Positions 7,965 through 18,000 of a DNA stretch of 64,000 bases are shown here, one piece after another. The stretch covers positions 1 through 64,000 of IMG/VR virus record IMGVR_UViG_2687453454_000003. One strand, 5' to 3'. Position 1 is the first letter of the stretch. Every line of letters begins with the position of its first letter. The position numbers were made by a program, and so were the translations under genes. Source of the DNA: a virus (Duplodnaviria > Heunggongvirae > Uroviricota > Caudoviricetes). The notes under the pieces were generated by a model that was given only the letters and a program-made list of their open reading frames with translations, was not told where the DNA came from and ran no database searches.

Positions 7965-10724
7965 TCATTCTTCAGATGAGTTATAATCTCCTGGCTGGTA
8001 ATTGAGTACATAAACGTTTATTTGTCGTCCCTGAATACGTGGTGATTTTCTTTGGTATCCACGACCGCTGTTTGGTGGGGTTAGCATCCCGGCTTTTTTC
8101 AACACTTCAGCAAACTGTTTTGCGTTGAAACCACATGCGATCTCCTTTTCAAATGTGGCCGGGAATGTGTAGAAAATCATTGGGCTTTCGTCATGTTCTC
8201 CACGCTGACGGTATCCGGCTAAATCTTTGATGGGCAAATCTGCCGGGCTGTATGGAAATGGTGCAAAACGGCTAAGCCCATAGGCATTAAGAAATGCCTC
8301 CGTTTGTTCAATAATCTGCTGATGTTCTTTGTTACCTGTGCCGAACTCGCGCAACCATGCGTTATAGCTGTGCTGTATCGCATCACGGCATGTCTGAGCA
8401 TCCCAGCCTGTTACAACCTCGCCTAACAGCAATGCGGCCTCCAGAATGGCAAATCGCGCGGCTACACGGTGAACCTGCTCACCATAATCGGATGGGATCA
8501 GGTTTCTCCATCTGCTTTCGCAATCACGAACGGTTTTAATAGCCTGTTGCTGGTGGTCTGCCAGCCATTTAATCCACTCACGCCCGGCTGCGCCGTGGTG
8601 ATGCTGGTAAGCGTCTTTCAGTGCGTCTGCGTGCTGTTTTCCGTTCTGGTAATCGTGAAAGCGTACTGCTTTACTCAACGGAATATTCAGCAGTCGCACC
8701 AGTTGCCCGGCTTTGGTTTTTCGCCCGGAAGTAGCGATAAATGTTTCTAAATCCATTTCTCCGGTGCTGATTGCCACTGTACGCCAGCGTTTTAGATCCC
8801 GGTTTCCACCATCTTTAGCGCCTTGCAGTTTCCCTACACCGTTAAATAACGCATAGGCAGACTGTGAAACGCTGACAGGATCAGCGCCCTGACCAACTTC
8901 ATCAAGCGGCATTAGTCCGTCATTGTGGGCGGCGGCCTCATTTGCCAGCCCCAGCGCGGTTCCGTACCACGTCAGCCGCAGTAAATCAGGGTTGCCGTAT
9001 AAGCTGCTCGCCACGTTTGCCGTGGTGGTCTTACCTGCGCTCGACTGCTCATAGAAATGAATGCCGAACCCGTCAGCGCCCACCAGCCCAATCAATGGCG
9101 CTGCCAGTGCTGCGCCGATCCCGGTCATCATTGAATAGTTACCAAAGGCCAGACGCGCCACGTTATCACGCCAGCTTTTCGCGCTCCCTGAGACGGTATA
9201 TCCGGCTGCGGCTGAGCTTCTCCCGCTGAACAGCACAGGATTTTCAGGTGTTCCGATGATTTCCCCATCAGGCATGATGTACGCTCCGCATTGCCATCCA
9301 GTGGCATGAGCAACACGCCACAATTCACGAGAGCCACTGCGTTGTAGCCAGTCTGCCAGTATTGCTCTGAGGCTGCTTTTGGTCGTGACATTTACCCCAC
9401 CAGCTTTAAGTGTGCGCCATCCTTCACGTTCACCAATATCAGCCAGTGGAATGGCAGCGGTTGTCGGCGTTTCAGAACCAAACGACAGCCAGCGAAGAAT
9501 GAGATACTGGTCTTTATCGTCTCTGCCAGTACCGATAACGCTTAACGGAGAACATAACCAGCTTTCGTTATTGATGATTTCTCCACTCTGGCTGTCAGCT
9601 CTCGGAGATACCCAATAAATACCATCCTCGCGGCTTTCTATTCTTGGTTTCAGTGGGTCGGTATCCATAACCTTAAAATCGCTTCCCTCAATGGTCTGTG
9701 GCTCCTGTTTCACGCCATTACCCTGTGGTTGGTACATTGACTTATTGAACGCTTCTGTGGCGCATTTAATGCCGTGTTTTTGGTGGTAATCATTCCAGTC
9801 TGCTTTGTGATCTGTCGGGGGTAATGCCACCCATCCAGAAACAGATAAAGCTGCTTTTTCTGCTGCTATTCTCCCCGTGTTTTGTCTTCCTTCGCTGTGG
9901 TCGTTATCCGCAGCAATGATGATTTGTGCTGAAGGAAATTTATCCCGCAGTACCTGGGCGACATATAACAGGTTCCCGGCATCAATCGCCGCCACTGTCA
10001 GCGCCTCTGGACGAATTAAATGGGCAGATAATGCCGTTGCCAGCCCTTCTGCGATTAAGATGCTCTGTGTTGTTTCTGGCGCGTTTATGGCGTGATATGC
10101 CCCCCGCTTTGCTGAACCTGTCAGGAGTCTTTTTTCACCATGTGATGTAATAGTCTGTGCTGCTGTGACTGCGCCGGATTTATCCACCAGCGCCAGCAAC
10201 AGAGATCCATCGGGCAACACGGGGAATGTAAAATCACCTACCCCTTTCGCAACCAGATAATCAGATTTGCCGTTTACAGCCTTTCTGCGCATGTCATCAA
10301 ACTGACGGGAAAACGTATCCCGTCTTTGTTGTTCGTCCTTCTCTGCCCTTTTCAGGCGCTCCTGTTCGCGTCGCTGGCGCTCGGTTTCCAGTTGTTCCCG
10401 TTTCTGGCTGGTGGCTTCTGGTGTTTCCGTTGTCCGGTAATCAATACCCAGAACATCAGCGGCAAGAAGCGCCGCCTCTGTTGTGTCGCAGTTATTTACG
10501 CGTTTAATTAAATCCAGCCCATCACCAGCGCCGCACTGATTACAGATGAAGCTACCGCGCCCGTTGTCATCGAACCGGAATCGATCTTTGCCCCCACATG
10601 CAGGGCAGGGAGCATGACGGCGCGGAGAGTCAGGGACATTTATGTTCAGGCAGCCCAGCACATGAGGCCAGTTGTTTTCAGACGCACTGATAACCTGACG
10701 GATAAGATCAATGTTTCGCATCAC
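7965..10724 (-). CDS. P4 alpha-like primase-helicase
   Basis: 919 aa; N-terminal zinc-binding CPACGG..FRFDD...FICNQCG; Walker A-like SSAGKTT and Walker B-like LMPLDEVGQ. Confidence 0.85.
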   Translation of the reverse strand: MMRNIDLIRQVISASENNWPHVLGCLNINVPDSPRRHAPCPACGGKDRFRFDDNGRGSFICNQCGAGDGLDLIKRVNNCDTTEAALLAADVLGIDYRTTETPEATSQKREQLETERQRREQERLKRAEKDEQQRRDTFSRQFDDMRRKAVNGKSDYLVAKGVGDFTFPVLPDGSLLLALVDKSGAVTAAQTITSHGEKRLLTGSAKRGAYHAINAPETTQSILIAEGLATALSAHLIRPEALTVAAIDAGNLLYVAQVLRDKFPSAQIIIAADNDHSEGRQNTGRIAAEKAALSVSGWVALPPTDHKADWNDYHQKHGIKCATEAFNKSMYQPQGNGVKQEPQTIEGSDFKVMDTDPLKPRIESREDGIYWVSPRADSQSGEIINNESWLCSPLSVIGTGRDDKDQYLILRWLSFGSETPTTAAIPLADIGEREGWRTLKAGGVNVTTKSSLRAILADWLQRSGSRELWRVAHATGWQCGAYIMPDGEIIGTPENPVLFSGRSSAAAGYTVSGSAKSWRDNVARLAFGNYSMMTGIGAALAAPLIGLVGADGFGIHFYEQSSAGKTTTANVASSLYGNPDLLRLTWYGTALGLANEAAAHNDGLMPLDEVGQGADPVSVSQSAYALFNGVGKLQGAKDGGNRDLKRWRTVAISTGEMDLETFIATSGRKTKAGQLVRLLNIPLSKAVRFHDYQNGKQHADALKDAYQHHHGAAGREWIKWLADHQQQAIKTVRDCESRWRNLIPSDYGEQVHRVAARFAILEAALLLGEVVTGWDAQTCRDAIQHSYNAWLREFGTGNKEHQQIIEQTEAFLNAYGLSRFAPFPYSPADLPIKDLAGYRQRGEHDESPMIFYTFPATFEKEIACGFNAKQFAEVLKKAGMLTPPNSGRGYQRKSPRIQGRQINVYVLNYQPGDYNSSEE

Positions 10725-11079
10725 CGTACCCCATGTGGTCTATAGCGTTTGCGATATGGCTAACCAGCATCTGCCACTTGGTTATTCCGTAATCAGTCAG
10801 CATGCCATCATTGTTTAGCCACATATCAAATTCAGCGGTTGTCGCAAGTTTCCACTTATCGCCGTGGACAGTCCTCATTGCTGGGTACATGAATGCGCAA
10901 ATCAGATCACAAACATCTGACGGCTTCAGAGATGTAGTAATGGTGCGTCCCTCTGGCGTCTGAATTGCCATTTTCTCTTCACCAGTAGAATGAAGGTTAT
11001 GAATCCACACAGCACCAGCAATCTTTGCCACCTGCTCTCCGATTGCGGAGCTAAGCGCCATTTCTGCATTTTCACGCAT
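10708..11079 (-). CDS. hypothetical protein
   Basis: ORF track; part of a tightly packed minus-strand operon upstream of the primase. Confidence 0.4.
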   Translation of the reverse strand: MRENAEMALSSAIGEQVAKIAGAVWIHNLHSTGEEKMAIQTPEGRTITTSLKPSDVCDLICAFMYPAMRTVHGDKWKLATTAEFDMWLNNDGMLTDYGITKWQMLVSHIANAIDHMGYGDAKH

Positions 11080-11413
11080 GAGAACCTCCCGCTACAGTTG
11101 CGCCCATGTCATTAACCATGCTTTGCCATATCTCACGCCCGACGTCAGTCAATCCGTCCTTAGTGACGCAACGCTCAAGAAGCTCGATCCCCACGGTTTC
11201 CCACTGCGGGTAGAACACTTTCATGGCTGCCAGTGTGTAGCTATCGATCAGGCTGCGAACGCCTTTTACTCCATTAACGATTTCCACACGTACGGCCTCG
11301 CCGTCCGCATCAACCATGAAATAGTCCCCGCCGCTGGTGGAGGTAATGTGGTTATACAGTGCCGACGCATACTTATTTGCCAGCGCATTCAGTCGGAAAT
11401 TTTTAGTAATCAT
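11072..11413 (-). CDS. hypothetical protein
   Basis: ORF track; operon context. Confidence 0.4.
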   Translation of the reverse strand: MITKNFRLNALANKYASALYNHITSTSGGDYFMVDADGEAVRVEIVNGVKGVRSLIDSYTLAAMKVFYPQWETVGIELLERCVTKDGLTDVGREIWQSMVNDMGATVAGGSHA

Positions 11414-11423
11414 GGCTCCATCC

Positions 11424-12026
11424 TCAGTGCGTCACTGGTTCCGCTGGCATGCCGTTTTCATTCAGTTCAGCTATAAAGCTGTTGTGAAGTTCAGCAAGCG
11501 TTTCACGACCAAATGGAGTCAGTGCTCCTTGTTCCACATCCATCATGGCTCTGTAGAAAATGATGGCGCGTTCTGTGCCAGACTCGATGCCAAAACGTTC
11601 TATCATCGCTCCCTCAATGTTGTTTGCCATAGCGAGGCGCTCTGCTACTGGATACAGCGGCATGGCGACGATGCCGTTGGAATAAACAGCCACTTCGGAA
11701 GGATTGCCAGTATCATCAATGATGCTGACAGTGCCGTTTTCCTCTCTCATTTCCAGCATGAATACTGTTGCGATCAGCCATCTCCACATAATGACGTTAT
11801 GCTGTGATGTGTAATCGAAATATCCCTGGTTGCCGCCATCGGCAATAGCGAGATGTATTGACATACCTTCATCTGGTTTATCGTCATAATCCCCGGCATC
11901 CAGACGATTTACGGCATCAATATATGAGACGGCCTCAACGCGTTCTGTCATGCCATCGTTGCTGCGGTACATGATGTTTACGCCGTCAGGCGTTGCTTCT
12001 GTATGGAAAGTTAAGAAATTATTCAT
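11424..12026 (-). CDS. hypothetical protein (start trimmed to internal Met)
   Basis: ORF 11424..12131; internal start MNNFLTFHTE avoids overlap with the upstream gene. Confidence 0.35.
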   Translation of the reverse strand: MNNFLTFHTEATPDGVNIMYRSNDGMTERVEAVSYIDAVNRLDAGDYDDKPDEGMSIHLAIADGGNQGYFDYTSQHNVIMWRWLIATVFMLEMREENGTVSIIDDTGNPSEVAVYSNGIVAMPLYPVAERLAMANNIEGAMIERFGIESGTERAIIFYRAMMDVEQGALTPFGRETLAELHNSFIAELNENGMPAEPVTH

Positions 12027-12240
12027 GTTTCGCCTCGCCTGAATGATTCTGTAACTCATATTTGCCCAACAATTCGTCCGCTTCCTGAATAGCTTCTGGT
12101 ACGCCATTGAGCAGTGACATAACCGCGCCAATCATTAACTTGTCTCTGTTGCTGGGGCTGGCCCCTTCAAGCCAGAACCCTAAAACAGTCTGAACCTGTT
12201 CGATGCGACATTGCGCTTCAATGAGCTGGATGTTGGTCAT
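12019..12240 (-). CDS. hypothetical small protein
   Basis: ORF track. Confidence 0.35.
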   Translation of the reverse strand: MTNIQLIEAQCRIEQVQTVLGFWLEGASPSNRDKLMIGAVMSLLNGVPEAIQEADELLGKYELQNHSGEAKHE

Positions 12241-12500
12241 TTCGCACTCTCCACATCGATTAAACCGATATCTATCAGGGAGGTAACTTTTTGTAGCCAG
12301 CTATTGATTACTGTCGCCTGTTCCCCGCCCACCGAGGGAACAATCTCATTCATCACATGAACCAGACCTGTGCGCGCTCTGGTAAGCCGTTCAGTCGCGC
12401 AATCTGCGGGAGTGAATGTGTCTGGATATGGCTCTTCACGCCCCAGCAATGATTCAATTTCCAGCTCACACGGATGACGATAAATTAAGTTGATATTCAT
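12237..12500 (-). CDS. hypothetical small protein
   Basis: ORF track; start/stop overlaps with neighbours. Confidence 0.4.
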   Translation of the reverse strand: MNINLIYRHPCELEIESLLGREEPYPDTFTPADCATERLTRARTGLVHVMNEIVPSVGGEQATVINSWLQKVTSLIDIGLIDVESAK

Positions 12501-12691
12501 TTTTCACCCCCAAGAATTACCAGCTCGGCACGGGCATCGTTAACCAAAGATGAGCACGCTTTAATCGCATCCACGACATCAGTAGCGTCCATTTCTTCAG
12601 CCGAAAGACTGACAGCAACCAGGACAGCCGCTGCTTGCTCGATTAATTGAAGTGCGGACGTAAGGCGAGGGGTATTAATTGAGTTATTCAT
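12497..12691 (-). CDS. hypothetical small protein
   Basis: ORF 12497..12748 trimmed to internal Met. Confidence 0.35.
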   Translation of the reverse strand: MNNSINTPRLTSALQLIEQAAAVLVAVSLSAEEMDATDVVDAIKACSSLVNDARAELVILGGEK

Positions 12692-12902
12692 TGGTTGCCC
12701 CCGTTTTTCCTGGCATTTCGCCACCTTCCAGCAGGAAATGAACGTCACGAACGGCGAGATCCAATATCGCGAGTAACGCCTTCAGTCTTTCGTCTCGTGA
12801 GGGAGAGTTGCTCACCAGAATGTCGTTAATCACTTCTGTCAGTGTGATGATCTGGCTTGTGCGTTCGAGGGGATCCATATGCACATCGTAGGTTTTAATC
12901 AT
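12684..12902 (-). CDS. hypothetical small protein (72 aa)
   Basis: C-terminal part of the 355-aa six-frame ORF; ATG at 12902 overlaps the stop of the upstream 64-aa gene. Confidence 0.35.
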   Translation of the reverse strand: MIKTYDVHMDPLERTSQIITLTEVINDILVSNSPSRDERLKALLAILDLAVRDVHFLLEGGEMPGKTGATNE

Positions 12903-13089
12903 GTGCCACCTCCATGCGGATACGACCAGCAAAAAAGCAGATGTGATCGCGCACCAGAGAACGGCGAGCATCGCGTTCAGACTCGGCAGCAATATGATGA
13001 ATTTTGGCGGTAATTGTCGGGCAATCGCGGCGAACTGCGGCGATAATCCAGATAAATTGCGGTTTTTGGGTAGGGGTAGTAGCCAGCAT
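12895..13089 (-). CDS. hypothetical small protein (64 aa)
   Basis: ATG at 13089 preceded by AGGAGG (13097-13102) with 7-nt spacing. Confidence 0.4.
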   Translation of the reverse strand: MLATTPTQKPQFIWIIAAVRRDCPTITAKIHHIAAESERDARRSLVRDHICFFAGRIRMEVAHD

Positions 13090-13291
13090 GTGGCAGCCTC
13101 CTTGTACTGGGAGTTCTTCCCACCACCGGAGCTGCGAAACTCGCTGGTGGTGGACTGAACAGAGTTCGCAGTACCGGCGTACAAGGAAACCGGCCAGCCT
13201 TTCGGCTGCCCTGTCCAGCCCACCATAATTTTGCAAGCGACGCGGATTATAACCGCATCACTGAAAAAAGTGTGAGTCTGGCTAACGGCAC

Positions 13292-13313
13292 AAAAAAAGA
13301 CGCTCGGCGCGTC
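13292..13313 (-). terminator. intrinsic terminator-like hairpin GACGC-GCCGA-GCGTC followed by T7
   Basis: Minus-strand stem-loop followed by seven U; sits in the leader upstream of the small-gene operon. Confidence 0.4.
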
Positions 13314-13744
13314 ATGTGTCGCCTCGTACATTTCCGGGCTGCGAAACCCGGCACCCGTTTTATGAGGTGCCTTATAACCATAAACCGTGTTGCCGCATAA
13401 CGGCAAGCTCTTTTTTATGGACTCCGAAAACTCACTATTGGAAGCACCAGATGCACAATACATCGCGCTCATTTCGTTAACGTCGCGCGTGTGGACGAAG
13501 GTTTTTGTGGAGTCACTACGCGAGCAGAGAAAGCCATCTACGACCAGAAATTCTCTGGCGCAGCCGCCGACCTTCTCAACGCTAACACCATCGACCGTAA
13601 TTTCTGACATAGTTAAGGCATCCGCTCCCACCACCAGAAAATGATAAACTTTGCTTGTATCTGCTGTATTAATGCCAGACTTTGCTGTCATATTGCTGGA
13701 TTTTGGCGACATACCAGCCAGTGAAAATATCTTCTTCTGGACGG

Positions 13745-13927
13745 TTAGCATTTGTTAACCTCCGCGAACTCCTTCATGAAGCGCGCCAGCGGTTGTACGC
13801 ATGGCGATTGATACCCGTCGCGATAAAACGTCACTCGGTTGTGAGACACGCTTTCGACAGTAACGAGTGCTCCGTGGGCATCCTTGTAGCGTTTTTGAGG
13901 TTGTGGTGTTCCTGTCGGCTTAAACAT
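13745..13927 (-). CDS. hypothetical small protein
   Basis: ORF 13745..14014 trimmed to Met at 13927, which overlaps the stop of the antirepressor gene. Confidence 0.3.
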   Translation of the reverse strand: MFKPTGTPQPQKRYKDAHGALVTVESVSHNRVTFYRDGYQSPCVQPLARFMKEFAEVNKC

Positions 13928-14753
13928 GGACCACCTCCAGACGCTTAGCGAGCCAGCGTTGCGACAGGCGGGTGAGTTCTCCTTTGCGCTGCTCATATTC
14001 CATGCCCATATCAATTAACGTGATATTGGTGCTTTCGAGATATGAGAGGTGCTCAAGTTGTTCTGCGTTCATATGGTCGCGAGGTTCGCCAGAATAGCCA
14101 TTTATCCGCGCCCACTGCTTAGCAGTTAGCCCACCAAGAACGATACGAGAAATCATATTGCTCTCGTTTGTGTAGTGGTGTTGCTGCGTCGTTTTCCCCT
14201 GCTCGGCACGGGCCATATTCAGCGCATCGCACATTGGCTTAAAGTTGTTTGCGGCACTGATACGGGCTTTTAGCTGGCGACGATAGCGGGCGGCGATTTC
14301 AGGAACGCTACGCTGTAATTCTTCCTCGCACTGGATGAAATAACGGCGGATAGCGCGACCCTGATCATTGCGTTCGATCATTGCCAGTTCTTTCGCCATT
14401 CCGACACTTAACAGATAGTCTTTGCCGGGTCTGCCAGACTGCTTAATCTTTCTGTAAGCCGCGCCATTCGGGCTTTTCCCCAAATTTGGGGAAATAGTTT
14501 TATGGACTGAGTAATCGTGCCCAATGGTGAAGTCATATTCAGAGATGCGATCAGTGATCCATGTAGAGAAGTCTTTTCCCACGCCCAACGCTTTGTGTAA
14601 CGCTTTTGCGCTAACAATATTGGTTTCACGCCCACCGATATGACCAGGAATAACCGGGACAATTGCGGCAAATTCATTACCGTTAATTGTGCTCAGAGAG
14701 GCGTTCAGATGAGGGGCGGCCTCAGAAATTAATCTGCTTTTTTCGATGTTCAT
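13920..14753 (-). CDS. phage antirepressor (Rha/AntA-type N-terminal domain)
   Basis: 277 aa; KALHKALGVGKDFSTWITDRISEYDFTIGHDY matches the DNA-binding domain pattern of Rha/Ant antirepressors. Confidence 0.6.
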   Translation of the reverse strand: MNIEKSRLISEAAPHLNASLSTINGNEFAAIVPVIPGHIGGRETNIVSAKALHKALGVGKDFSTWITDRISEYDFTIGHDYSVHKTISPNLGKSPNGAAYRKIKQSGRPGKDYLLSVGMAKELAMIERNDQGRAIRRYFIQCEEELQRSVPEIAARYRRQLKARISAANNFKPMCDALNMARAEQGKTTQQHHYTNESNMISRIVLGGLTAKQWARINGYSGEPRDHMNAEQLEHLSYLESTNITLIDMGMEYEQRKGELTRLSQRWLAKRLEVVHV

Positions 14754-14765
14754 TTTCAGTCTCCG

Positions 14766-15197
14766 TTAAGCGGCGTTAAACGCGTCCGGGTAGAGTTTCA
14801 GAATGTCGGCAATTTCCTGCTGAGAAAGTCCGTTGTGATCATTTATGTTCGCAAGATGGTTAATATGAGTGATCACTTTCAGAACATCACCACGGCAGGA
14901 GAAACGGTAGCGAAGGTGTGTTCCGATACCATCAGGATTCTTTTCGTCGATACGCTCCAGAGTGATTCCAAGCTGGCGTTCTAACTCTGTTGCATAGTTA
15001 CGACCAGAAGACAGACGGCAGTAGCGAAGAATGTCATTTTCTGTCCATCCCTCTATACCAGTACGCAGCATATAGACTCTGGCACGATGCTTTTTCGGTG
15101 TGCGCTTTGGTGCTTGAAGGGATTTTGTAAGGGGCGTAACATCAGATACGCGAATATCTGAATTAGCCGCCTGTAATGGGCGGTTTTTCTTATTCAT
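14766..15197 (-). CDS. hypothetical protein (143 aa)
   Basis: ORF track; immediately downstream of alpA. Confidence 0.4.
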   Translation of the reverse strand: MNKKNRPLQAANSDIRVSDVTPLTKSLQAPKRTPKKHRARVYMLRTGIEGWTENDILRYCRLSSGRNYATELERQLGITLERIDEKNPDGIGTHLRYRFSCRGDVLKVITHINHLANINDHNGLSQQEIADILKLYPDAFNAA

Positions 15198-15394
15198 TAC
15201 GCTACCTCGCCACGCGACTCAGCGATGCGCTGATTAATCCATTCTTCAATTTCACTTTCAATAAACGCAATTGATCGGCTTCCAATCTTTACAGATTGAG
15301 GGAATCGCTGTTCTTTGATGAGCCGATAAATCCACGCTTTGCTGTAACCAGTACGGCGTTGAACCTCAGAAAGACGAATAAATGATTGAGACAT
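15197..15394 (-). CDS. alpA: AlpA-family phage transcriptional regulator
   Basis: 65 aa; LSEV.RRTGYSK.WIYRLIK...FP..VKIG.RS..F...E...WI pattern. Confidence 0.7.
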   Translation of the reverse strand: MSQSFIRLSEVQRRTGYSKAWIYRLIKEQRFPQSVKIGSRSIAFIESEIEEWINQRIAESRGEVA

Positions 15395-15512
15395 GTTTAC
15401 TCCTATATTCTGTCATCTTCTTTAATGGACATCAGTAGACAGAAAGGAGATTAAACAAACCGGTGAATGGGTGATAGCGGATAAAAATAAAATATTTTTT
15501 TGAGAAGATTAT

Positions 15513-15547
15513 CCGCTTTGAAATACACAGTAGCGTATTCAAAGCGG
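15513..15547 (-). terminator. 10-bp perfect inverted repeat CCGCTTTGAA-N15-TTCAAAGCGG (terminator of the cargo gene or operator of alpA)
   Basis: Direct reading; lies between the stop of 15592..16473 and the alpA start. Confidence 0.3.
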
Positions 15548-15591
15548 AAATCGCGAAATTTACTTAAAACGTTTATGTAGGATTTTGCTTG

Positions 15592-16473
15592 CTATAAATC
15601 TCTACTCATTAAATCAGATATTTTTATCAAGCTCATTTCTCTGTCTTTGTTTACATAAAGCTGAAGCAAGCGGGTGTATCTCTCGCTTATAGATTCAAGT
15701 GCAAAAGGCTTTATTGATTCCTTAATAGCCTGCGTATCTTTCGGATCATCACTAAAAACCAAGGCAGAAATCATCGGATTGCTCACTTCCTTACCTGACT
15801 TCTCACCCCAAATCAGCAGATCAACAATAGGTATCACTCTATTAGATATCAACTTCTGAAGGGTCTTTAATCCAATCCTTTTCTGAGCGACATGCTCTCT
15901 CTCTGGTACTTTTAACTCTTTTCGCCATAGAGGTAGAAGGTGAGTCAGGCTGGTAATAATTTCGTCATCAGTGGCGTCATCTAAATCTATAGAAACGAGT
16001 ATGATGTTAGGGGAACAATTACTTAGGTTTCCAGTAACACTCGCAAGCATAGCGTTTGCCTTGAGGTAGCAATCCTCTTCGTCTCTTTTAAAAAAGCCTT
16101 GATCTATCGATGAGAAAGAGTACATGGCCAGCTCTGAAAATGTTACTGGACTAACCCCCATAGCTGAAGATAATGAGGGAAGATCATCGTACTCATTTCT
16201 TAATGATGGGGCTTCATCATTTACTTTGCGAATAAATTCTTCGACCTCTTCCTCTTCTTCATTGAGAATGGTTAGGTTAGGATCGCCCGAAAAAATCCTT
16301 TCATATTTTATATCGTACTCTTCTTTGAATATAGCAGTGTCATCTTTTGCATGACGCAATAAAAAATCGCGCCACTCTAATTCTTGAATCAAGTCCGGCA
16401 AGGTTAAATCATTTAAAAATTCATAATTACTAATATCAAACCATGCTAAATCTTGTTTTTTGGCTCTCACCAT
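15592..16473 (-). CDS. hypothetical protein (293 aa), AT-rich cargo next to integrase
   Basis: ORF track; visibly lower GC than neighbours; acidic stretch EEEEEVEE; no recognisable motif. Confidence 0.5.
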   Translation of the reverse strand: MVRAKKQDLAWFDISNYEFLNDLTLPDLIQELEWRDFLLRHAKDDTAIFKEEYDIKYERIFSGDPNLTILNEEEEEVEEFIRKVNDEAPSLRNEYDDLPSLSSAMGVSPVTFSELAMYSFSSIDQGFFKRDEEDCYLKANAMLASVTGNLSNCSPNIILVSIDLDDATDDEIITSLTHLLPLWRKELKVPEREHVAQKRIGLKTLQKLISNRVIPIVDLLIWGEKSGKEVSNPMISALVFSDDPKDTQAIKESIKPFALESISERYTRLLQLYVNKDREMSLIKISDLMSRDL

Positions 16474-16615
16474 ACGCCACCCCGCGCCCCTAATTCTGAC
16501 GGCTATGCCAGCCCGTAGGGGTGTACGGGTTTTCGGGGATCAGCCTAGACATAGCCTATTCTTTGTTCGTCTACATAAGTCTACTACCATTGCTTAACAC
16601 GGTCTATTCATACAG

Positions 16616-17830
16616 TTAAGCTCGTTTCCCAAACGAACCATGAACAACGTTCTCCTCCTTCTCCAGCGCATCCATATAGTCGGCATACCATTGAAGCATC
16701 TCCCGCCTTCCATCCAGATATTGCGCATGGTTGTATGTGCCACGAATTGAGTTCTTATCAACGTGAGCGAGCTGCGTTTCTATCCACGCGGTGTTATAGC
16801 CCTGCTCATGCAAAATCGTGCTCATAGTGTGCCGGAACCCATGACCAGTTACACGTCCAGCGTAGCCAATGCGCTTAAACACTTGGTTTATGCTGGCCTC
16901 ACTCATTGTTTTCCTTGGATCATTGCGCCCGGGAAACATAAGAGGGTAATTGCCTGTTATTTCTCTAATCTTCCCAATAAGCGAAAGAGCCTGATCAGAC
17001 AATGGCACAATATGAGGCCGCCGCATTTTCATACGTGAAGCGGGTATCTCCCAGATAGCCTTGTTGAAATCAATTTCATCCCATAATGCGCCACGTAGTT
17101 CGCCAGTCCGCAAGCCGGTGATAATCAGTAGACGAGCCGCCATAACAACCAATGCGCTTCCTGAGTAACTGGACAATGCCTTGAAAAAATCAGGTAATTC
17201 TTTAGCTGTAAGGAAAGGGTAATGATTAGATTCATGGCCTTGCATCGCGCTAGTAAGGTCTGGTGCAGGGTTATACTCTGCGCGACCAGTGACTATTGCA
17301 TAGCGGAAAACTTCCCCGCACCGCTGCCTCACTTTTTTGGCTTTTTCTGTAGCACCGCGCCCCTCGATGCGCCGCAGCACATTCAGAAGTTCAAGTGGTT
17401 TGATTTCGGCGATTGGTTTTTTGCCAATGTAAGGGAACACATCTTTGTTGAAGGCTTCGAGGATGTCTGAAGCATAACCAGCAGACCATTTTTTTAATTT
17501 GCTGCTGTGCCACTCAAGGGCAATATCTTTGAAGGTGTTGTTTAACTGCGTTTCCCGGGCAATCTTTTCCTCTCGTTTCGCTTCCATCGGATCGATACCA
17601 CCAGCGATACCTCTTTTCGCATCTTCACGTTTTGCCCGAGCATCGGCTAGAGTAACCTCAGGATACACACCTAGTGCCAATAGCTTCTCTTTACCAGCTA
17701 CACGATATTTAAGTCGCCAGTATTTACCTCCATTAGGTTTTACCAAGAGATACAAACCGCCACCATCGGCCAGCTTGTAAGCCTTCTCTTTTGGCTTGGC
17801 TGTGTCTATTTGACGGGCATTGAGTTTCAC
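16616..17830 (-). CDS. int: tyrosine integrase, P4 family
   Basis: 404 aa; N-terminal arm-binding pattern (AKPKEKAYKLADGGGLYLLVKP.G.KYWRLKYR) and C-terminal catalytic region with GHGFRHT and YNHAQYLD.RR. Confidence 0.9.
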   Translation of the reverse strand: MKLNARQIDTAKPKEKAYKLADGGGLYLLVKPNGGKYWRLKYRVAGKEKLLALGVYPEVTLADARAKREDAKRGIAGGIDPMEAKREEKIARETQLNNTFKDIALEWHSSKLKKWSAGYASDILEAFNKDVFPYIGKKPIAEIKPLELLNVLRRIEGRGATEKAKKVRQRCGEVFRYAIVTGRAEYNPAPDLTSAMQGHESNHYPFLTAKELPDFFKALSSYSGSALVVMAARLLIITGLRTGELRGALWDEIDFNKAIWEIPASRMKMRRPHIVPLSDQALSLIGKIREITGNYPLMFPGRNDPRKTMSEASINQVFKRIGYAGRVTGHGFRHTMSTILHEQGYNTAWIETQLAHVDKNSIRGTYNHAQYLDGRREMLQWYADYMDALEKEENVVHGSFGKRA

Positions 17831-17902
17831 TTGGGGGTACCTCCACTAAACCGAACAGCAAATACCCCCATAAGTACCCCCATCTGACCGTAGATTTTGA
17901 GG

Positions 17903-17978
17903 GACTTTAGTAGACGTCAAAAGACGAACGGGGCTTTAATACACGGATTATAAGGGGTTTTGAAAGACTTTAGTAGAC
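17903..17978. promoter_or_regulatory. two direct GACTTTAGTAGAC repeats (17903-17915, 17966-17978), putative integrase arm-type sites
   Basis: Direct reading; lie between int and the att core; inverted GTCTAC copies at 16569-16588 on the other side of int. Confidence 0.3.
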
Positions 17979-18000
17979 TTGGGGAGATGTTTGAATGGTG

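Noticed and set aside
12684-13751. 355-aa minus-strand ORF taken as one gene
   Set aside because: The middle third has implausible composition and coincides with hairpins and an intrinsic terminator; better explained as small genes at each end plus a structured leader.
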